Assembly (NCBI GenBank): GCA_045837725.1
Contig: JBEWZL010000123.1
Span: 248,001-312,000 of the forward strand
DNA length: 64,000 nt
DNA from: Vermamoeba vermiformis
Lineage: Eukaryota
Direction of reading: 5' to 3'
Of the stretch, positions 13,420 to 25,385 are shown piece after piece. A program made the position numbers and the translations under genes. Below the pieces are notes generated by a model. It searched no databases and was not told the DNA's origin. It saw nothing but the letters and a program-made list of their open reading frames with translations. The stretch's first letter is position 1; each line of letters opens with the position of its first letter.

Positions 13420-14274
13420 TTGTTAATATACAAATGCAAACAACTTTTAGCTCGTTTCGAATCAAGAACGGTTGTAGATCAGCACCGCCAGATGAGTGAG
13501 AATAAAACTCTCGACGCTATGCGCAGACTGCAAGAAAAAAAGCAGACGCAATGAGATAGTGGTATTGAAGTTGAGAGAATACGGTAGTTATAAGACTTGG
13601 AAAGGGTTGCAAAAATAAAGCAGAGGGAAACTACACGGAGATCTTAGATTTGATAGAAACTTGGGCAAAACGTTGCGACGAGGGTTCGTCATCGTTCATT
13701 TACTCGTTTATTTAAGTTGGATAGCAATGAAAGATTTGTTTTCGGGTATTGATTCGCGATTAATTAATTGCAAATCTATTGATGTGATTGTTTGGGTTCG
13801 TTAGCTTGAACCTGTATTGCCCAAAGCCGATTAATAATATAATTTCAAAACCTTACAGAACACAAGATTACGTAAACACGTACAAAATCTTTTGTGTCAT
13901 ATCATAATTTAATGCAATTTGCATAATTACAATTTTAAATATTCAAAAATATTTTTATATAGGTCCTATAATTATTCTCCGGTGCTGTATCGTAATTAAA
14001 AGTTGTTTCTGCCAGCTCAGCAGAGATTTCAGATGTGGATTAGACAGAAAAGTGACGGAAATGAAATTACATATTTTAAATTACTTGTACCAGATACGCC
14101 TCTCCTCTTATAAACGAGAGAAAATGATCTTTTAACGATAAACAAACCCATAAATTAAATCCGATCGAGCAAATATACCGACTAATTACACGTTTTATTA
14201 AGAAAAATCGCCTACAAAACAAGCTCTGTACATTGAAATAAATTAAGAGTTAAGATTAACAAAATTTGAATTGC

Positions 14275-15255
14275 TTAGACGCGAATAATTACGGGCTGGA
14301 GCTCTTCTTGACGCTTTCTAAGCAAGTAGCCCAGTGTAGTCTCAATCTCCTCAGGCAATTGATTGGTTCTTGTATTATAATCTTGAGGAATATTTTGAAG
14401 CAAAGCCATAATCTCCTTGTCCAGCTTACAGATGGTTCGGTACGGCCACTTGCGACATCTGACTGCTTCCTTCCAGCGCTTGCTAAGGGTCGATGTCGGG
14501 ATGCCAAGTCTTCGTGCGGCTTCCTTTTGTGGCATATTCAGATAAGGAGTAATGTCAATATAAGTGGCTTTAGCACCGCCGGGAGCCAGCGATCGAACCA
14601 CTCCAGGCGAGGCAGGAGTGATAGCAGTGGACATATTGTTGTTATTTCCAGAACCACTGTTGGGCGAGGAGACTTGAGCATTATTACCGCTAACAGGAGC
14701 AGGGGACTGAGGATTAGCAAGTCCGTTGGGCGTATTTCCATTGTTATCTTGAGAAACAGCTGATTGATCGTTCTGACCAGAAGAAGCGTTGATTACTTCA
14801 TCGTGAATATTCTTGTTGGTAGCAGTGCTCTGCTGGATTTGTGACAAGTGAGGGAACGAGATGATCGAGTTCGCAGAAGGGGGAGAAGTCATTTGACTGG
14901 CTTGAGAAAGCTGAGAAGGGACGAGGCCTTGATTGCTCATGGCCATGTTAGCCATAAGGTTCGCTTGCTGCTGTTGTTGAGGCGGAAACTGCTGTAGATT
15001 CGCAGGGTTTTGAGCCATACGGAAGTTGCCACCCGGCATGCCAGAAGCGGCTGAAAATTGCATTTGAGGGATTCCTGCTTGAGACATCATCGATACGGCT
15101 TGAGGGAAGAAAGAGAATTGTTGTTGCATGTCTTGTTGCTGAGGCATGGCATTTTGGACAGAACCAGGTTGCATCTTCGGATTCATTTGCCCTTGGAAGG
15201 GGAATGACTTTTTATCCATGTCACCGACATTAAAACCGTCCATCCTTTGGTTCAT
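14275..15255 (-). CDS. RWP-RK domain transcription factor with Q/N/S-rich N-terminus, intronless
   Basis: ITPYLNMPQKEAARRLGIPTSTLSKRWKEAVRCRKWPYR is an RWP-RK helix-turn-helix signature. Confidence 0.85.
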   Translation of the reverse strand: MNQRMDGFNVGDMDKKSFPFQGQMNPKMQPGSVQNAMPQQQDMQQQFSFFPQAVSMMSQAGIPQMQFSAASGMPGGNFRMAQNPANLQQFPPQQQQQANLMANMAMSNQGLVPSQLSQASQMTSPPSANSIISFPHLSQIQQSTATNKNIHDEVINASSGQNDQSAVSQDNNGNTPNGLANPQSPAPVSGNNAQVSSPNSGSGNNNNMSTAITPASPGVVRSLAPGGAKATYIDITPYLNMPQKEAARRLGIPTSTLSKRWKEAVRCRKWPYRTICKLDKEIMALLQNIPQDYNTRTNQLPEEIETTLGYLLRKRQEELQPVIIRV

Positions 15256-15364
15256 CAAACAGAAAATTCAAACAAAATAAGAATGGCGCGTGTTGCTCGT
15301 GGTTTTGTTGAACGTGAAAAGATGACAACCCGTAGAACGTTCGAAGAAATTTCTACACTGATAG

Positions 15365-15429
15365 CACGTGATTTTCTGTATTGGCCAATCAGCACGCTCC
15401 ATGAGAAAATTGATAGAAAACTGACGTGG
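15365..15429. promoter_or_regulatory. Cluster of candidate cis-elements upstream of the RWP-RK gene
   Basis: CACGTG 15365-15370, palindromic ATTGGCCAAT 15380-15389 and TGACGTGG 15422-15429, within a 300 bp intergenic gap. Confidence 0.4.
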
Positions 15430-15560
15430 ATTCTGTATTATTGATGTCGTTCTTCTATTTTGTACAACGTGTCTTAGTGACGATCGATGTGTATCTTTTT
15501 GTATACTTTTCGCTTCCAGAACGGAGATCGAGGTTTTGCTTGTTACCGTTACGCTTTGGT

Positions 15561-18517
15561 TTATTTATTGAAGTTCTCGTCGTGCTGTATGATTTCTGTG
15601 ACAATTTGTAGCGTGGCGAAACAATAGCCGTATTGCCCTCGAAGCATGTTCTCAGAAGCAAACTCCGAGATGACCTGCATCTCCGTGTAAATATTTGGGA
15701 CTGCTGCTTTAACTACCACGTAACAAAAAATAGGTACCAAGTCGTCCGCACCCCTAAAAAATTATAAATTAAATATCTGGTCTAACGACATTATGAAATC
15801 TGCTCGAAACTAGAAAATTGATCGAAAATATGCCTTATTGGTTTTAGCTCGAGAAGAATTGGGGTTTGAACGACTTACACTGCGATATTTTCCTCCTTAT
15901 TCTTCCAAAAATCTTTTATACACTGAATAGTCTCTTGCAGTGTCTTCAGCAAGATCTCCATCTTGCCTCGCGGGGATCGCATCCCAGGTAGCCTGCGCAG
16001 TATTTTGATAGCTTTAAGGTACGAGAGCTCGGACTTGAGCGCACCTTCATCTAAGTTTGAGTTGGAAGCATTACGCGAGTGCATAGGTGAGCTCCTGAAC
16101 GAGCCCGACGAGGCGAGTAACCTGGAGCGAGACAAGTCGTTCGGATCTAACGAGTTGGATATCTCTGCTGAGGCTTCTAATGAGGTAAAATCTGCCTCAG
16201 AGAAGGAGGTGTACGACAGAGCCAAGTCTAAGCCTTCGTCGTTGAGTAAAGGTGATAGCTGGATGCATGGGTTAGTCTCGAGGTAACACCTAACTAGCAG
16301 TGCTTACTCTATCAGCATGAATACTATTGCTTCTGCTTCTGTTCTTCTCTTCTTCTTTAGGCTTCTCGAAGGATTCCTAGCGGACGTGTTAACGATTACA
16401 ACTAGCAAGATCTTCGACATTCGAAGCTTACATCGTTCAGCCAGTACTTCCGATCAACATTTAAGTCGTTAGGAGTAATGCCTCTCTTCTTCAATTCGGT
16501 TATGCGTTCATTATAGCGGTCATCTGAGTCTTTTGTCTGTGCTTGGGTTAGTAATCAATTGACGCGCAAGTGGATCTTACCATTAATTTTGTCATTTCGA
16601 ATAGCGGCTCAAAGATCTTTGAAAAGAAGTAGGTCTGAATAGCCATATAGAGGAGTTCTCGCGTAGTATTGAATTCATGGAAGAATGATATGACGAACCT
16701 AAAAATATGACGTAACAGGCGAGTTAAGGAGTGACAAGAAACTGATATACGAGAAGTGTCTAATAGTAATAAGGATATGAAGTGTCGTCAATATAATCTT
16801 TTTCATCCTATCGAAGCTTTCTTTGGTTTGCGGTAGCTCACGCAGCTCTTTCAAAACCATTTCAACTCGTTCTCTAAACAGCTCGGCAAAAGGGTAAGGG
16901 TTGCCTTTTTGGCTAGATATGGACACGTTAGACTTTCATTAGTTAAATCACGTATTAGTACCTTAGTACGAGGTGTAGATAACGCACGATGGCTTTTCTA
17001 TCATTGTTTGATTTAAACACATTCTTCCTAAGTACGGCATTCGCGGACTAAATACACGTGTTAAAACGGCTGCTGAAGCACGAGAAGAAATTCTTACTTG
17101 GAAGTTTAGACTACTAGGTTGTACTATATATACATCGTTGGTATTAGAAATGACACAGTATCTAGATTTAACGGATTAGTTTCCTCGAATGCAAATTGAT
17201 GATTTGCGTACCTTCCGTTATCGGCCATGTACAGTAGCGAGGCCTCATTGGGAGCACGTATAATTTCATTATATACAGGGTCCATTATATTTTGAATCTC
17301 TACGAGATTACGATTCATTGTGAATATGAACGGGAAGCAGAATCCTAAAGAAATGTCAGCACGGTTCGAAGGTCAAGGCAAATTGACTTATAATGTACCG
17401 ATAAATGTCGTCGGAAGTGTCAATTTGATGACTTTTTCAAGCTTTTTTCCCGCGCCATTGAACAGCACGCATTGTTCTATAAAAATTATGTAAGTAAGTA
17501 ACAAACTCCGTGGGGAATATTAAATACGTACTATTATCGTTGAGAACTATCCTATCGTCGGGTAATATCTTCATAAAAGGAAATGTATTCCTTATTCTTA
17601 GTACATCAGCGACGTCGCCTGTTAGCGCATCCATCATCGAATACTCGTAAGCGAAACCGATGCATATGACATTTTTAAACCATGTTATAGACCGCGGCAT
17701 TTCAGGTAATGAATACCGCTGCGAGTAAATGTTAGCAGGTGATTTTTAGTAAAATTATTAGTACGTACCTTGTAGCATTCAATTTCTTCGTTTAAACTGT
17801 ACAATAACAAATTCTTTTTTGATGATACGCAGAGAGAAGATGTTAAAGAGAATTCGTCCGTGGTGCAATACGTATTCACTTCCCTATTTATATTCAATTA
17901 GTGGCGAGATTTCAAAGAATTAATTTGATACGTACTTGATGGTTGTTGGATGTTGTTCTATACTCGTTACATCCGTCGATACATTGTAAAAATATAATGT
18001 AGAATCCGAAAGAACGATTAACAAGTTCATTGGAGTTGTCATATGCGGATTCTGCCATGACAACAGCGAGATCTTATCGACTGGCTTGTTACTGATTTGT
18101 AGCTCGTGCTTAATGACCGATGAATATTGTGCCTGTAGAATATGATGTTAATATAGCCTTAGGATCGATGGCACAGTCTAGAACAAGCTGTCGATATTTA
18201 TGATATTTTTTTATTGAATTAGAAAAGGAATATTCTGCTGATTATGTGTACTATATCGACGATATTCGATATAAAACGATGTAAAAAATAGAAAAATAAT
18301 TTACCGAGCTCTCTTCGACTTTTTGTTTGATCTTGAAGATCTGCAGTAAACCGTTTTGAAGACCAACAAAGACGAACTTATCTGTAATAGAGCATATTGT
18401 TAGCATATATAAACACGAGTCATATTAGATTATACCCCAAACATATAAGCTGGTAATGGGATTTGACACAACAATTAGCGGATTCGCTCTGAACGATATG
18501 TGAATATCGTGCTCCAT
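15561..18517 (-). CDS. CNH-like beta-propeller + VPS9 (Rab5-family GEF) protein, multi-exon
   Basis: VPS9: SPRGKMEILL..GADDLVPIFCYVVVKA..GQYGYCFATLQ. N-terminus resembles Vps39/TGFBRAP1 CNH (FVFVGLQNGLLQIF, PRSITWFKNVICIGFAYEYSMMD). Confidence 0.8.
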
Positions 18518-18940
18518 CAATTATATGATATATAGTATAGTGTTATATTAATACATTATGTGTTCAATCAAATAAATAAACTAGAAGATTAGAGCAACTG
18601 AAAAATTTGTTTTTCAAGGCTTGTTTCGAACGAAGTTTCTATTTTTTACTTCCTATAACGTAAAAACAAGTAATTGAGAAGGATTTTATAGTCATTAGTA
18701 AGAGAGCACTCTTTGAACAGGTTATTCGGATGAGCTCCGAAATCTGACAGTTTTACGCCACATTCTAGATACGACGAATTGACTGCCTATAGTTTATTCA
18801 AATGTGGTTCAGAATTGACGTTAATAATTTTATTTTGTTTTCGTTTGTCTTTGCAAAGAAGAAAATAGCTCTTCGTTAAATTGCATTTTGTTGTTGAACC
18901 TGTGCCCCACAGTAGCATATTCAACTGTTATATTAGTCCA

Positions 18941-21240
18941 ATGTCGCAACAGAGAATATTAGCCGTGGCCAATAAGGCATTCAAAGCCGTTTCAAGACAG
19001 AACGTTGTTTCATCTGTTTCTGTTTTGAAAACTGTTGCTTCTTCCAAGCGCAGCTATTCGGCAGTAAATAAATCAAATATCAACAATAAAACCAAGGTAT
19101 GTATAATATTTGAAACAATGCAGATTCCTTAGAAAAATCAGATCTAATTAAATGTAAAAATATATCTTATATTACTTTAGGATTATTAATATCACCAAAT
19201 GACAATATTATTAATTACATTATCAGATAAATAAAACCGCCATTTTTGGCGCGACACCCAGATCCACCAAACGATACTTCGCATCAAATCCGTCTTCTGC
19301 CGCCGGTGGTGTCGTTCAATTCAAACTTGCCGATGTCGGTGAAGGTATTGCCGAAGTAGAAATTTTAAAATGGTTTATTGCCGAAGGAGATACGGTCAAC
19401 GAGTTCGATCCCCTATGCGAAGTACAGACTGACAAGGCTACCTTGCCAATTACTAGCAGATACACCGGCAAGGTCAAGAAATTGCATTACAAAGGTAATC
19501 ATAATTTTATATAATTTTAATAGGCCGAATTATTGAAACAGAAATGTCTTTCAAATATTTTGATGGCGCGTGGATCCGCTTTTGAATCACATCGAGTCGC
19601 TGACGTATATTATTATAGAGGGAGATGTGGCTAAAGTAGGAACATTTTTGATGGATATTGAAGTCAGTGGAGGTGCTGCTAAAGCCGATTCTCATGCCAC
19701 ATCCGCTCCATCTGCTCCTAAACAACAGCAACAAGCTGCTGCTAAGCCTGCTAGCACCACTGCTCAACAAGGAACTCCTGATTATGATAGCAACGTTATT
19801 GAAACTCGCTCTGGACCTCTGTAAGTTCACTTGACATTTTTTATTGAAGCTTTTAAACGTCTCAAAGAATGATAATAATAATTCAATAATGATAATATAT
19901 TAGTGACTCTAATTAGGATGAATATAGTTTAATGATAGAATTTATTATTAATAATAATATTTGTTTTGACCGATTTTACTATTTTTAGTAAGGTGTTGGC
20001 GGCACCAGCAGTGCGACACATGGCGCGCAAACACTCGATTGATTTGTCCAATTTGACTGGCACTGGTCGCGATGGCCGAGTGCGCAAAGAAGATTTGTTG
20101 AACTTCATTCAGAACGGTGGTGCTGCTCAACCACAACAACAACAGAAACAGACTCCAGTTGAATCTGCTCCTGCTGCCGGTACGTAATATTGCACTACTA
20201 TCATTATGCCTATAATAAGCAATCACACCACTTCGAGCCAATGTTCGAGTTAATTTTTGGATCCGTTCATAATCGCAACTATTATTATTAATTAGCCGAA
20301 TAATATGGCATAAATATACGGGGCATACTAGTGTTAATAATACTCATATTTATTATTCTGTAGCTGCTCCTTCAGTCTCGGGTACGGATCGCGTTGTTCC
20401 TCTTCGTGGCCACGCCAAGGTTATGGCTCAGACTATGACTGCTTCATTGAAGATCCCGCACTTCGGTTACTGCGATGAAATCCGCATGGATGGTTTGATG
20501 GAACTGCGCAAAAGAATGAAACACTTGGCTGAAGAGAAGGGAGTCAAGTTGAGCTACTTGCCCTTCATGATCAAGGCCGCTTCTATGGGTCTGAAGAAAT
20601 ACCCTATTTTGAACAGCAGTATCAACGAGTCTCTGACCGAAATTACATTCAAGGTACGTTTTCGGCATCTGATCCAAAAAATTTTAATTTCTAATAATAA
20701 TTCTATTAGGCTTCACATAACATCGGTTTCGCTACTGATACTCCTAACGGTCTTGTCGTTCCCAATATTAAGAACGTTCAAGACTTGAGCATTTTCGAGA
20801 TCGCTGCCGAATTGAACCGACTGATCAAGGCTGCTAAGGACAACAAATTGACCAAGAGCGATTTGACTGGCGGTACTTTTAGCTTGTCTAACATTGGTAC
20901 TATTGGCGGTACTTACGCTAAGCCTGTTATTGTCTCTCCGGAGGTAAGTTTAAAATTCTAAATTTTTAGATTGGATCCGATCCAGCATTTAATGAATTAT
21001 ATTATTGAGCGTAATTACCTTTATTAATGCTTTACTATACAGGTTTGCATTGGAGCTTTGGGCAAGATCCAAAAGCTGCCTCGTTTCGATGACCACGATC
21101 GTGTTGTTCCTATGCACCTGATGCAAGTTAGCTGGAGCGCAGATCATAGAGTTATCGATGGTGCTACTATGGCTAATTTCTCTAATTTATGGAAGTTGTA
21201 CTTGGAGCAGCCTGATCTGATGTTGGCTGAATTGAAATAG
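18941..21240 (+). CDS. DBT: Branched-chain alpha-keto acid dehydrogenase E2 (dihydrolipoyl transacylase), mitochondrial, multi-exon
   Basis: Lipoyl domain [23 protein letters not shown]3-binding [11 protein letters not shown]; catalytic [10 protein letters not shown] and [12 protein letters not shown]-terminal presequence. Confidence 0.95.
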
Positions 21241-21346
21241 AAATTTTGAAATGCGCTTTACATCCGGAAATATAAAATAACGATATTTACTCTTAATACG
21301 CTATATCTAATTCATACGATTACGATTCTACAAACAGATCCTTCTC

Positions 21347-22211
21347 ACATCTGTCATCTTCAGAAGCTCAACGAATGCTGAAGACTTGACAGGATTCAAC
21401 GGTGCTGGATTGTACGAGTCTGTTCCCTTATTTGGTGCTAGCTTGCACGATCCTCAACAAGTCGCTGCTGCCATTAAGAAAGTGTGGGCGAGTGTCTGGA
21501 ACGTGAAGTAAGTCACGAATAGCGTTCTAATACAAATTCTGATGATGTTCACAGAGCTGTGAAAGAGCGAGATCACTGCATGATACCGCACTGTGAAGTC
21601 AAGATGGCGGTCATAGTACAGCCCTTCATCGACGAGCACATGAAGAATGTCCAAGTGCACTACAACGGAGTGTGCATCACTCACGACATTTATCATCACC
21701 AGGTCAAGCATGGGTTCACCGTCAATTGGTATGTCTAAGCAATTGGCTCTTGTATTTATCGCTAATGAATATCATTTACAGCTATCCAGGATATTCACTC
21801 CGGGCCACTAATTACTACAAAGATGAGATCCCGGAGCAGACTATATTGCTGTTAGGTCGAGCGGCAAATTCTGTTGACGTCCAACTCAAGTCAACGGCTA
21901 CAGGACACCCAGGCTCGTTGATCACACAAGCGGACGCCGAGAAGATGGTGTCAGTCTTTGGCTCACTCCACACATCAATGCTCAACAAGCCACACAAGCT
22001 CGATGACACAGTGGCACTCGACATTGAGTTCATGGTTGTTGGCAGCAACAAAGAGCCCGGAAAGAGGGATATCGTCGTGCTTCAAGCCCGTCCTTACACT
22101 ATTAATGCCGTGGCTACTGATGCGCTCGATCAGGAGTTAAGAGTGTTCGCCATGGCCAATCCGTACTTTGCACATCACAACATTCGCAAGGTGTTCTTAA
22201 CGACCGCATAA
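21347..22211 (+). pseudogene. 5'-truncated copy of the dikinase-like gene (C-terminal ATP-grasp part only)
   Basis: Homology begins abruptly at TSVIFRSSTNAEDLTGFNGAGLYES about 100 bp after the DBT stop; both 3' introns retained; no His domain and no start exon. Confidence 0.8.
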
Positions 22212-22424
22212 CGCTTCTTCCATAAGATCTTTTCGTGCTATCAACTTTTTAGGCTAACTAGTAAATTAGATGGCTGAATCAAAAAATCAATCTGTATCGT
22301 TTAATTTATCAAATTTAATAAATAATTTAAACGATATTCTCCGAAGAGATTTCAGCCGGCATTACTGAAAGTAGTTATTTTTTAATAACGAGTTACTTCA
22401 CAAAGCACAAATCAAGTCAGTACC

Positions 22425-24835
22425 ATGTCTAGTTTAACAGGGCTGTTTATTTCATATTGCGAGCCTTACTACGAACCGTCAGCTGAGGAGATCGAGGCTC
22501 AAAGAAGAGCCATGGAAGAGCAACATGAGCGCGAAAAACATACGATATTTCAATACAAGTTCTTTCAATCAATTGCTCGTATTGAAGGAGAAAGTGGCGG
22601 TAAGTGTTGAAACGGATTCGCATTTATTTTGGTAGACACCGATGCCAAAATTATTTGGCGCTCGGGAAACTGAAATATATTTTAATGCAGGACATTAAAT
22701 CACATAATCATAATTTTTAATAATATTACAAGCCATCGGAGTCAAACTTCTTCGCGACAAGCAAGGTGTGCTGCACTTCATGAATACAAAAGTATGGCCA
22801 TTCCATTACCCTTTTTGCGTCAGTAACTTGAATGAAAAGAGGTAAGTCAGCGATTACGAGTTATTTAATCCTTGACGGCTCTGGAATTCTAAAACGATGA
22901 ATTCACAGGACTTTGCAAGAATTCAATGAGCAAGTTTACACTGGCAAAGACCGATCGATGATGTTTGCTACGATAGTATCCTACCCTGCCTCGCCCTTCC
23001 AAAAATACTTCTGTCTTGAGCTCAATCCAGCAGATCCGATGAACGAGCTCGATTCTCTCAATGGTTTCTTCCAACAGGTTAAAGAAAACTTTCTTGCCAA
23101 TGAAGGCGTCACATTATACTTCCATCCGACATCGGCAGTCCAAACAGAGGCGATAAAAGACAAAAGTCTTTGTTTGCCGGTCATCACCTCGGACAAGATC
23201 TACGGAGCTACGACGTACAAGATGATTCAGCCCGGTGAATTGCCTTACAAGAAGATACGAATCTTTGGAGATATTACCAGCGACAAAACGTTCTCTGAGG
23301 ACGAGCTGAACAAGTGGTTGTTACAACGTACCGAGGACGAAATTGTTGTCATACCAGCGGTGCCTAGTGACATCCCCGTTGTTGGTGGCGTGATCTGTGG
23401 TGAGATTATTCCGCCGTTGTGTCACGTGGCGTTGTTGTGTCAGAACAGAAAGACGCCATGCTGCTTCCTGAAGAAATGCATCTCAAAGTTCAGAGCACAA
23501 TTTAAAGAAAACGAAGTAGTTAACGGAGTTATAACGAAGGCAGGTTGCTTCGTGAAATTTGAAGGAGCCAAAGCTGACTCCGTCATCGACAAAAGCGAAG
23601 TACCAACGATCGAGATCATGCCAGCAGACACCTCTGTGGCCAACTTGATCGATATCCACGAAGACAAAGTGCACGCAAAGGACATCCAAGTTGTTGGTGC
23701 CAAAGCAGCACAGCTTGCCAATGTCGAGTCACATTACAGCCAACCAACCTTCAAAGGCACATTCGTCATTCCATTCCACCACTACAACAAGCACGTACAA
23801 GCGAGCGCGATTTCGAGTATAATTCCAGTGAAAATTAACCGTATGAAGCACTCGTACTTCACTTTCGACGAGTTCAAATTGGTCCAAGAGGCTATTCAAG
23901 AGGAGAAGGTCGATGACGAGCTTGTTCAGAGCGTGATCGAGAAGATCAAACAACACAACATGACATCTGTCATCTTCAGAAGCTCAACGAATGCTGAAGA
24001 CTTGACAGGGTTCAACGGTGCTGGATTGTACGAGTCTGTTCCGTTGACAGGAGATGACGTACACAGTCCTCAACAAGTGGCCAAGGCTATCAAGACAGTG
24101 TGGTCCAGCATCTGGAGTCCAAAGTAAGGACTGAACTTTATACAATAACGTAATCTGATTTGGGTATTAGGGCTGTTAAAGAGCGACAGCACTTCAAGAT
24201 TAATCATTCGAATGTCAACATGGCAATCTTAGTACAGCCCTTCATTGATGAGCACATGACAGACGTTAAAGTGCATTACAACGGAGTGTGCATCACTCAC
24301 GATGTAGCTCGTCACAAAGTCAAGCACGGGTTTACAGTTAGCTGGTACGACATTGCAAAGCGGGGTATTGTATGCGCATTATTAATGTTATCTTTACAGT
24401 TTCCCTGGCACCAAGTTACGAGCCACAAACTTCTACAAAGACCAATTCCCCGAGCTGACAACACTTCTTTTGGGCCGTCAAGCAAACTCCATTGACTTAC
24501 AGATCACAACAACGGCTACAGGACACCCAGACTCGCTGATCACACAAGAAGACGCCGAGAAGATGGTGTCAGTCTTTGGTTCACTTCACACATCAATGCT
24601 CAACAAGCCACACAAGCTCAATGACACAGTGGCACTCGACATTGAGTTCATGGTTGTTGACAACGACAAGTCGACCAATAAGCGCGAGATCGTGGTGTTG
24701 CAAGCACGTCCTTACACTGTTAATGTGGCATCCGTCGAACAGCTGGATGAAAAACTTCGAGGTTTCATGCAGAAAGCTGCGTACATGAAACTATCCCGAG
24801 AACGATTCGTTTATCACTATCCATTAGAATATTAA
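22425..24835 (+). CDS. PEP/pyruvate-binding (PPDK_N ATP-grasp) dikinase-like protein with upstream phospho-His swivel motif, copy A, 5 exons
   Basis: VGGVICGEIIPPLCHVALLCQNRKTP; VGAKAAQL; FRSSTNAEDLTGFNGAGLYES; MAILVQPFI; LDIEF..VLQARP. Confidence 0.85.
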
Positions 24836-24953
24836 ATAGAGTTTTCTCTCTCTGGCAAAAAATCTCTGCGTGATCTGGCCGTTTTTTTCGGTTCAAATTC
24901 AATTTTAGTTTCTAAAAGCAATCGAATTTAAATTTCTCATAGAGTAGCACATA

Positions 24954-25253
24954 ATGTCCAATTTAGCTGCACTTTTTCTTTCCTATTGCAATGAGACTTA
25001 CGAACCACCGCCTGCAGAGCTCGAAGAGGCACTTGACATTGAGTTCATGGTTGTTGACAACGACAAGTCGACCAACAAGCGCGAGATCGTGGTGTTGCAA
25101 GCTCGTCCTTATACTGTCAATGTTCCTACTTTGGACTCTGACCTGGATGCGGTTGTGAGAACGAATGCTTGTCAGGAGGCAATGAAAAGAAGCTGTGCTT
25201 TTGGTCGGGTGGATTTTGTACGAAATATATTTACGCTCTTCGAAAGCATGTAA
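24954..25253 (+). pseudogene. Internally deleted mini-copy of the dikinase-like gene (99-aa in-frame fusion of N- and C-termini)
   Basis: MSNLAALFLSYCNETYEPPPAELEE is joined directly to ALDIEFMVVDNDKSTNKREIVVLQARP. Confidence 0.8.
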
Positions 25254-25385
25254 CTATAAATAAACTTGTCCAAAAAAGGAAATAATTAACCTCGCTGCGA
25301 GATTGATAGCAATGCCATTTTTATTTTGTTGTCAACAGTCTTGGTACTTCGAATATCAACTTGAGCGACCACAAAGATCTTTACA

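Noticed and set aside
14266-14763. 165-aa plus-strand ORF
   Set aside because: Antisense shadow of the RWP-RK gene
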